Below, in pieces: positions 57,227-64,000 of a DNA stretch of 64,000 nucleotides. The stretch is taken from positions 4,517 through 68,516 of the forward strand of contig JAJQCJ010000004.1 in the NCBI GenBank assembly GCA_021202775.1, given 5' to 3'. Position 1 is the first letter of the stretch. Each line of letters opens with the position of its first letter. Position numbers and translations under genes: made by a program. This stretch comes from Clostridiales bacterium (GTDB taxonomy: Bacteria > Bacillota > Clostridia > Oscillospirales > Oscillospiraceae). A model generated the notes under the pieces. The model did not search any database. It saw nothing but the letters and a program-made list of their open reading frames with translations, and had not been told where the DNA came from.

Positions 57227-59122
57227 TGTCCATCTCCTGTCTGAATCAGCACCTCCATGGCCCCCAGCGTCACCGTCTGCCCGTTCATCGGGAAGGACTG
57301 GCCATGAAGGGTGTTGTTAAAGATAAAACGGTAACTGCCGCCGGGACCGGTGCGCTCCGTCACCTCTACCCCCGCCGGCAGCATATCCATGGCGGGGATG
57401 CCCTGGCGGGGGAAAATTTCCAGCAGCAGGGCGCGGTACAGAGCCTTCTCCCCCACGGTACCCACATAGTAGGCCCAGCCCTTGCCGAAGCGGTTGCGGG
57501 TAATGGCCGGGGTACCGGCGTAGAACCGGCCCGTATACCTGGCCCAGACCTCCGCTGTCTCCGGTGTCAGCAGGCCGCACCAGCTGGTGACGCGATAGGT
57601 GCTCCCCTGGCTGGTGGTGATTTGCTGGGTCGATGGGCCGATGGCGTCATACTCCGCCACCGTGCAGCCGCACAGCTTCCGCAGCAGGGTGGGCAGGGGC
57701 TGGCCCAGGACGCAGTTGCCGTGCTTGTCCTTCACGCCGCTGCGGTTGGTGATCACCACCGTCCCCCCCCACTCGGGCGAAGGCTTCCAGATTTGCCACC
57801 ACCTGGGGGTCGGTGATGAAGTGGGTGGGCACCAGCACCACCCGGTAGCCCTCCAGGGGGGCCGTCTCCGGCAGCACGTCCACGTTGACCCCCAGGCCCA
57901 TGCAGGCGTTGTGGAACAGCCGCAGCTGCGTCCAGTAGGCAAAGCCCTCTGACTGCCGCTGATTCTTCAGGGCGAACTCCTGCTCCGAGGAATAGAGCAG
58001 GGCCACCTGGCTGTGGAGGGTGGTGCGGTTCAGTTCCGGCAGCCCCTCCAACCGGCGGCACAGCCGCTCCAGTTCCTCCAACCGGCGGTTGGGCCGGTTG
58101 TCGTGGTCCAGCAGGCCGTGGCAGAACATCTCCGCCCCGGTGCAGGCCGTCTGCCACCGGAAGAAGCTGATAAGGTCGGCCCCGTGGGCCACCGCCTGGA
58201 GGGCGTAGCCCTCCAGCATCCCCGGCTCCATGGCGGGGGTGATAGGGCTCCAGCACCCCATTGGCCCGCCCAGCTGCTCCATGATCCAGAAGTTCTGCTG
58301 CTCAAAGCTGCGCACGAAGTCCAGAGCGAATGCGTTGGAGTACAGGGCCTCCGGGTCCTCCGGCAGCCGCACCGGGGGATAGTTGTCATATGAGGCCACG
58401 TCCAGGGGGGCGAACTCCTGGTGGAAGTCCGGCATATGGGCGGGGAAACAGCTGTTGGTGGTGATGACCGCCTCCGGGTCGTACCGCCGGATGAGTTCCG
58501 CCTGGAAGCGCACATAGTCCGCCAGGCAGCCCTCCTCCGTCTGGATGGAGATCTGCTCCCACGCGCTGTACTCGCCGCTCCAGACCACGGTGCCCCAGGC
58601 TTCGTTCAGCGCCTCCAGGGTGCCGTACTTTTCCCGCAGATAGTCCCGGAATCCGGCGGTGCAGGCGGGGCAGGTGCAATGGTTGCTGTCCAGCTCGTTG
58701 TCGATTTGCCAGGCGAAAATCTCCGGCCTCCCGGCGTAGCGCCGGGCCATCTCCTCCACGATACGCCCGGCGTACCGGCGGAAGGTGGGGCTTTGCATAC
58801 ACCGGTGCCCCCGGATGCCCGTCAGGGTGGGCTGTCCGGAGCGGCTGTACTGGAGGGCCTCCGGGTGGTCATGATACAGCCACATGGGGCCGCAGTTGGT
58901 GGGTGTGCCCAGAATCACCTTCATCCCGTGGCGGCTCAGCACGGCGATGGCCTCGTCCAGCCACGAAAAGTCGAACCTGCCCTCCTCCGGCTCCAGCCGG
59001 CTCCAGGCAAATTCCGCAATGCGAACCACATGAACCCCCAGCCGCTCCATCCGGGCGGCGTCCTCCTCCCACAGAGCGGGGGGCCAGTGTTCGGGGTAGT
59101 AGTCGATGCCAATTTTGATCAT
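57217..59122 (-). pseudogene. GH42 beta-galactosidase, frame broken at a C8/G8 homopolymer
   Basis: Track ORF 57647-59122 (MIKIGIDYYPEHWP.., WQIDNELD, Cys cluster CTCPAC) and track ORF 57217-57942 (..GGTVVITNRSGVKDKHGN..) are one gene. Removing one C from cccccccc (57763-57770) yields EAFARVGGTVVITNRSG. Confidence 0.85.
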
Positions 59123-59153
59123 TTCGTACAGCCCTTTTCTATCAGATTCTTTT

Positions 59154-60026
59154 TCATATTGTGCAGGCGCGGCGGAGGAACGCCTCCATAATGTCCAGCA
59201 CGTCCCGGGACCAGAATACCGCGCCGCCGTGTCCGGCCTGCTCCAACTCGTAGTAGTCCGCCGCTTTGCCTGCCGTGGAAAGCTGCCGGTAGAGTTGGCG
59301 GCTCTGGGTCACGGAGACCTGTCCATCCGCCGCCCCGTGGAACAACAGTATTGGCGGCAGGGGCACGTCCGGCCTGATATAGTCCGCGCTGCTGGCGGAC
59401 GCCACCCTGGCCGGGTCCTCCGCCAGGTCGCTGAGGCCCAGCAGCACCTTACAGGGGCGGCGCTCCTCCGGGATCCAGCTTGGCAGCTCTGCCTGAGCGC
59501 ACAGCAGGATGTCCGACGGCGCGGATACGGAGATGACCCCGCTGATGGGGAAGCCCGGCAGCTCCGGGCCGTCCACAATGCCGCTCGCCCTGCGCAGCGC
59601 CGCCATCAGCGCAATGTGGCCCCCGGAGGAGTTCCCCGCCAGGAAGATGTGCTCCGTATCCATGTGGAACCCGGCCCAGGGCGCTTCCTCCTGTTTGGAG
59701 CGCACGAAGGCCACCGCCCGGTTCAAGTCCTCCACCTGGGCGGGGTACTGGGCCAGCGCCGCCTCCCGGTACTGCACCACCGCCACCACGAACCCCCGCT
59801 CCGCCAGCTTCGCATAGGCGGGGACACTGTTGTACATCTCCTGACGGCCCCAGCCGCTGCCGGGCAGGAAGGACACCAGGGGATACCTGGTGTCCTCCGT
59901 CCAGGCCGGGCGGTAGGGGACGAACAGGTGCAGCTTTCTGCTGCAATCACCGTATTCCGCATAGGTGACATCCGGAACGTAGAGCCATTCCGGCTCCGTC
60001 GCCTCCAGGCGCAGGGTCTGTTGCAT
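59154..60026 (-). CDS. alpha/beta-hydrolase (carbohydrate/carboxyl-esterase-like)
   Basis: 290 aa with a nucleophile elbow GNSSGGH, a late HGAADGQV and a GAGGTGA RBS. Confidence 0.8.
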   Translation of the reverse strand: MQQTLRLEATEPEWLYVPDVTYAEYGDCSRKLHLFVPYRPAWTEDTRYPLVSFLPGSGWGRQEMYNSVPAYAKLAERGFVVAVVQYREAALAQYPAQVEDLNRAVAFVRSKQEEAPWAGFHMDTEHIFLAGNSSGGHIALMAALRRASGIVDGPELPGFPISGVISVSAPSDILLCAQAELPSWIPEERRPCKVLLGLSDLAEDPARVASASSADYIRPDVPLPPILLFHGAADGQVSVTQSRQLYRQLSTAGKAADYYELEQAGHGGAVFWSRDVLDIMEAFLRRACTI

Positions 60027-60095
60027 CCCGCTTCACCTCACTGCCCTGTCACACCCGCTGGAACACGGGCATATAGTCCAGGGGCACGGCCACCG

Positions 60096-62078
60096 TCACC
60101 CGGAGCCGCCCTGGAACACCTCCCCGGTGGAGGTCAGCCGCCAGGCCCCGGCGGGCAGGTACACCTGCCGCTCCCGCTGGTGCAGCTGGAGGATGGGGGC
60201 CACCAGGCAGCGGGGGCCAAACATATACTGGTCCTGCAGCTCCCAGCAGGCGCTGTCCTCCGGGAACTCGTAGAACATGGCGCGGATCAGGGGGGAACCG
60301 TTCTCGCTGGCCTCGTCATAGAGGGATTTAATGTAGTCGTGCAGGTCAATGCGGATGTCGTAATAGTGCCGCAGGATGGCGTACACATCCTCCCCATAGC
60401 TCCACAGCTCGTTAGGCTGGCCGGTGTGGAGGTAGCCGCCGCCCCAGTCCCGCTCGTCCAGCGGGGGGATATTGTAGGGGCCGCGATCCCCGTGCATCCG
60501 GAGGACGGCGGAGTACACCGCGAACTGGTACCAGCGCACCAGCAGCTCCCGGAAGTCGGGGTCGTTCACGTCGTCAGTCATAAAACCGCCCACGTCTGTG
60601 GTCCACCAGGGGATACCCGCCAGGCCCATGTTCAGGCCGCACTGGATCTGGTCGGCCAGGGCCTCAAAGGTGCTGGGTACGTCCCCCGACCACACCACGT
60701 TGCCGTACTTCTGGGAACCGGCCCAGGCGCACCGCAGCAGGTTCGCCACCGGGCGTCTGCCCTCCTGGTACATCGGGTCATAGAATACCCGGCTGTACAG
60801 CTGGGGATACAGGCTGCTCACCGCCAAGGCGGGGCCTGCGGCGTAGCGGTACTGCTCGAAGTCATAGACGCCGAAATCCGGCTCGGAGTTGTCCAGCCAG
60901 AAGGCGTCGATGCCGTAGTCGTAATAGTTCCGCTTGCAGACTCCCCAGACGTACTCCCTGGCCCTGGGGTTGAACACGTCGATCTCCACGCAGTCCCCCT
61001 GATAGTCATAGGTCTGGGCGGCCCCCCGCTCCGTCCTGATGAGGAGGCCCTGCTCCATCATGGGGCCGAAGTTCTCGCTCTTCCGGTCCACCGAGGGCCA
61101 CACGGACACCAGGACTTTGATGCCCATAGCATGCAGCTCGTCCACCATGGCCTTGGGGTCGGGCCAATAGGTCTTGTCGAACTTCCAGTCCCCCTGGACC
61201 GTCCAGTGGAAGAAGTCGATGACGATTTGGTCGATTTTGATGCCCTCCGCCTGGTAGCGGCGGGCGACCTCCAGCACCTCCGCCTGAGTGCGGTAGCGGA
61301 GCTTGCACTGCCAGAGGCCCATCAAATCCTCCGGGAACTCCCCCGCCCGGCCGGTGGCGGCGGTGTAGTTGGCGAGGATCTGCTTCGGCGTGTCGGCGGC
61401 GGTGATCCAGTAGTCCATCTCACGGGTGGAGCGGGCGATCCATTCAGTGTAGTTCTTGCCGAAGGTGACCCGGCCCACGGCGGGGTTGTTCCACAGGAAG
61501 CCATAGCCCAGGGAGGACACCGCAAAGGGGACGGAGATTTGGGAGTTCCGCTGGGCCAGCTCCAGGACGCAGCCCTTCAAATCCATGTCCCGCTGCTGAT
61601 ACTGCCCCATGCCGAAGAGCTTCTCCTCCCGGTTGCTCTCGAACTTCACGTTCAGGGAATACTCGCTGCCGCCAATGATGCCCTTCCACGTCCGGTTGAC
61701 CACCTTCAGGCAGCGGCTCTCCCGGGAGAGGGTGCCGTCATAGGAGCGGAAGTACTCCCGCAGGAGCAGAGTATCGTCCCGATAGAAGGTGATGATGCCC
61801 GCAAAGTTCACCACGGCCCGTATCCGGCCGTTGGCGATGGTGGCGATTTCCCGCTGGTCATAGCTGCCGTCGCCTACCCAATGGGGTTCTTTTGCGATGG
61901 TGATCTGGGCCGGGGCAGTCTCCTGCTTCACCGGCTCTGTCAGCGCCCAGCGGTTGCCGCTGAAGGCGGACTGCATGGTGCTGCGCACCCGGAGGGCGTC
62001 GCTGCCCCAGGCCTCGATGCGCACCTGTTCACCCTGGTGATAAAAGACCAGAGCGCCGTTGTCGTTTTCAAACCTCAT
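60096..62078 (-). CDS. GH31 alpha-xylosidase/alpha-glucosidase-like enzyme. The stop looks premature.
   Basis: ATG at 62078 after AGGAGGAA, 660 aa. GH31 blocks are IDAFWLDNSEP (nucleophile region) and VVWSGDV. The conserved next segment VTVAVPLDYMPVFQRV* lies in the +1 frame (60049-60098) just after the ggg run at the stop. Confidence 0.85.
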   Translation of the reverse strand: MRFENDNGALVFYHQGEQVRIEAWGSDALRVRSTMQSAFSGNRWALTEPVKQETAPAQITIAKEPHWVGDGSYDQREIATIANGRIRAVVNFAGIITFYRDDTLLLREYFRSYDGTLSRESRCLKVVNRTWKGIIGGSEYSLNVKFESNREEKLFGMGQYQQRDMDLKGCVLELAQRNSQISVPFAVSSLGYGFLWNNPAVGRVTFGKNYTEWIARSTREMDYWITAADTPKQILANYTAATGRAGEFPEDLMGLWQCKLRYRTQAEVLEVARRYQAEGIKIDQIVIDFFHWTVQGDWKFDKTYWPDPKAMVDELHAMGIKVLVSVWPSVDRKSENFGPMMEQGLLIRTERGAAQTYDYQGDCVEIDVFNPRAREYVWGVCKRNYYDYGIDAFWLDNSEPDFGVYDFEQYRYAAGPALAVSSLYPQLYSRVFYDPMYQEGRRPVANLLRCAWAGSQKYGNVVWSGDVPSTFEALADQIQCGLNMGLAGIPWWTTDVGGFMTDDVNDPDFRELLVRWYQFAVYSAVLRMHGDRGPYNIPPLDERDWGGGYLHTGQPNELWSYGEDVYAILRHYYDIRIDLHDYIKSLYDEASENGSPLIRAMFYEFPEDSACWELQDQYMFGPRCLVAPILQLHQRERQVYLPAGAWRLTSTGEVFQGGSG

Positions 62079-63585
62079 GATGGTTTCCTCCTGATTGAGA
62101 TGATTCTGTTTGATAGGTGCAGCGGAATCGGGTGAATTCCGCCCGACTGTCCCCGGTGGCATACAGGCCCAGCAGGACGCCGGTGAACCCCCCTGCCACC
62201 TCGCTGGAAAGCAGCCGGGTGGGGGCCGACCCCAGCAGGACAGCCGATTCCCCCTGACGGACAAAAAAGCGGTAGCGCTCCGGGGAGAAGTCGATCTCCA
62301 CATCCCCCTCCCCCTCCGGCATGGGGATGCGGCCCTCCACATGGCGAATGCCGCCCACGTTCAGCCGCAGCAGCGCCTCCCAGCGGCCGCCCAGCCTGCG
62401 CAGAGCCAGCGCATAGTGGAAGTCCTCGCTCATGTAGACCGCAAGGCCTCCCTCTCCTCCGTCCAGCGAGAGATGACAACTGGCCCGGCCCCAAAACTCC
62501 CGCTGACGGATGCCCAGAAAGGTGGGCGAGCCGCCGTCTGACAGGGTGGCATTGCTACCCAGCAGCACCGCCCGTCCCGGGGAGAGGCTGTATCGCTCCG
62601 GATAGGGATGGCGCAGGTACAGCCAGTCCAGCCCCCACAGGGTATTCTCAAAGCTGTCCTCCGTCCGCAGGATTTGGATGCCCTCCCCTGCCGTCTCATA
62701 GCGCTCCAGGGTGTGGCCGCCGTCCCCCGCGGAAAACCAGCCGTCCTCCCCCAGCGGGGCCGGGGTCAGAAAGACCTCCCGCCCCAGGTGGTGGTAGGGC
62801 AGCCACCGGCCGATCTGGCGGAAGCCCAGGCTCAGGATATGCCACCCGCCTGCCCTGTCCTGAATCAGCTCGCCATGGCCGATTCCCTGAACCGGAGTGT
62901 CGGCGCAGTCCCGGTTGCTCAGCAGGGGGTTTGCCGGGCAGCCCTCATAAGGCCCCCAGAGGGAGGGGCTTCGGGCACAGGTGACCATATGGCCGTATTC
63001 CGTTCCCCCCTCCGCCGCAAGAAGGTAGTAGTAGGGGCCGATATGGTACAGGTGTGGGCCCTCCAGGTACCGCCCGCCGGAACCGCGCCAGAGGCAGCGG
63101 GTCTCGGACCGTTTTCTGCCGGTGGCGGGGTCGATCTCGCACTGGAAGATGCCCGGCCCGGCCTCATTGGTGCCGTTGCTCATAAAATAAGCCCGCCCAT
63201 GCTCAAAGGTAAGCGACGGGTCGATGCCGCTTTGCTCCACATAGACAGGCTCAGACCAGGGGCCGGTGATATCGTCGGTAAAAACATAGAAGTTTTCCCC
63301 CGTTGAGTTGTTGGTTGTCACCATATAAAATCTGCCGTTGTCAAACCGGATGGTAGGCGCAAAGACGCCGCCGCTGCTGGGGACTCCGGCCAGAGCCACC
63401 TGGCTGGGCCGGGTCAGCACGTGGCCCAGCTGCCTCCAGTTCACCAGGTCGTCGCTCTCAAACAGAGGCACCGCCGGGAAATACTGAAAGCTGCTGCACA
63501 CAAGATAATACTTTCCCCCGGCGAAGCAGACGCTGGGGTCGGGATAAAAGCCCCGGAGGACAGGGTTGCGGTATTGCACGCTCAT
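62068..63585 (-). CDS. GH43 beta-xylosidase / alpha-L-arabinofuranosidase
   Basis: 505 aa. The N-terminus NPVLRGFYPDPSV carries the catalytic Asp. A five-bladed-propeller part is followed by a C-terminal beta-sandwich domain. GAGAGGTGA RBS. Confidence 0.85.
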   Translation of the reverse strand: MSVQYRNPVLRGFYPDPSVCFAGGKYYLVCSSFQYFPAVPLFESDDLVNWRQLGHVLTRPSQVALAGVPSSGGVFAPTIRFDNGRFYMVTTNNSTGENFYVFTDDITGPWSEPVYVEQSGIDPSLTFEHGRAYFMSNGTNEAGPGIFQCEIDPATGRKRSETRCLWRGSGGRYLEGPHLYHIGPYYYLLAAEGGTEYGHMVTCARSPSLWGPYEGCPANPLLSNRDCADTPVQGIGHGELIQDRAGGWHILSLGFRQIGRWLPYHHLGREVFLTPAPLGEDGWFSAGDGGHTLERYETAGEGIQILRTEDSFENTLWGLDWLYLRHPYPERYSLSPGRAVLLGSNATLSDGGSPTFLGIRQREFWGRASCHLSLDGGEGGLAVYMSEDFHYALALRRLGGRWEALLRLNVGGIRHVEGRIPMPEGEGDVEIDFSPERYRFFVRQGESAVLLGSAPTRLLSSEVAGGFTGVLLGLYATGDSRAEFTRFRCTYQTESSQSGGNHHEV

Positions 63586-64000
63586 TCACCTCTCTCGGTT
63601 GCCGGAAGGCTGTTGTAGACAGGGACTATGGAAGAAAAACAGGGACAGGCCATGCCTGCCCACGGAGATTTTCCCGCTGTAGGTCAGAATGGCCATCAGT
63701 GTCTCCCACAGGGGACGGCTGCCCCCCTGCTCCCCGGCCATGGGATACTCCTCCAGGAGGAAGGCGCTGTCGCCGGTGAGCTCCACATAGCGGTACACCG
63801 CCTGCACCAGCCAGAGCTGGTCGTCGGAGCAGTCCCCCGGCTCCTTGCCGGCGAAAGTGAAATCGTGGTAGGCATAGCCCATGGGGAACACATTGCGCAC
63901 CCAGTTGGAGATCAAATCCTTGATGAGGTCGTTCTCCCCAATGGCGCTGAGGTAGTACATGGAGGCGTAGATGTCCTGAATCTCCCGGAAGCCGGTTTCC
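63586..64000 (-). pseudogene. GH94-like (cellobiose/chitobiose-phosphorylase-type) (alpha/alpha)6 fragment, 3'-truncated and running off the right edge
   Basis: CSDDQLWLVQAVYRYVELTGDSAFLLEEYP..LWETLMAILTYSGKISVGRHGL matches the segment that precedes the catalytic HGLPL.G.GDWND block of GH94 enzymes. Here it degenerates (SLFFFHSP..) and stops 1 nt before the GH43 ATG. Confidence 0.4.

Noticed and set aside
59106-62135. 1009-aa ORF, the longest in the window, on the plus strand
   Set aside because: It lies entirely antisense to the well-supported esterase and GH31 genes. It is Arg/Gly/Pro/His/Ala/Val-rich with no motifs and no RBS. It is a typical stop-poor antisense frame of a high-GC genome.

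Overview
This 64-kb chromosomal window comes from a high-GC, spore-forming Clostridia-type Firmicute. That call is an inference from the GPR spore protease, the gene content and the extended -10 promoters. It resembles a gut Oscillospiraceae-like genome, but I cannot prove that from the sequence.

1-28 kb is mostly core. It holds the recD2 5' end, uvrB / Zn-ribbon / uvrA, pyrE, a HAD hydrolase, a YtrA-type GntR+ABC module, an Fe-ADH, gpr, rpsT, a YihY-family gene and galK-galT. A LytTR/AgrC-like two-component pair follows, then a sugar block: GH2, a circularly permuted GH3 and a GPH symporter.

28-44 kb carries mixed membrane and accessory genes. The most unusual is a monocistronic gene for a 614-aa membrane-anchored, very basic tandem-repeat protein (S-Y-R-E-P-W-G-x3-R-Y-G motif) that I cannot place in any family. 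The same stretch holds an aryl-sulfotransferase, TraX, a PrsA-like lipoprotein, a MATE transporter, XRE+SDR genes, a beta-CASP hydrolase and a DUF1538 membrane protein plus a tandem P-II-like gene.

About 44.9-56 kb looks lower in GC by eye (not computed) and is a decayed accessory patch. It contains:
- a 5'-truncated enoate-reductase-like gene abutting a TetR C-terminal fragment;
- fragments of conjugative-element genes (AbrB, TnpW, VirD4, TopB);
- an azoreductase-like flavoprotein;
- an ECF sigma/anti-sigma pair whose promoter plus 5' end is duplicated in front of the neighbouring membrane-protein/ABC operon;
- an ABC-exporter pseudogene and a rubredoxin.

56-64 kb is a minus-strand glycan locus: a GH94-like fragment, GH43, GH31, an esterase, GH42 and a beta-lactamase-family hydrolase.

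Cross-cutting observations:
- Four genes (GH3, PlsY-like, GH42, GH31) are broken exactly at C/G homopolymers. This means either assembly error or real decay.
- A 195-bp MITE-like element with 15-bp terminal inverted repeats occurs four times.
- I recognised no rRNA, tRNA or CRISPR array.
- Most very long ORFs in the supplied track are antisense shadows of real genes.
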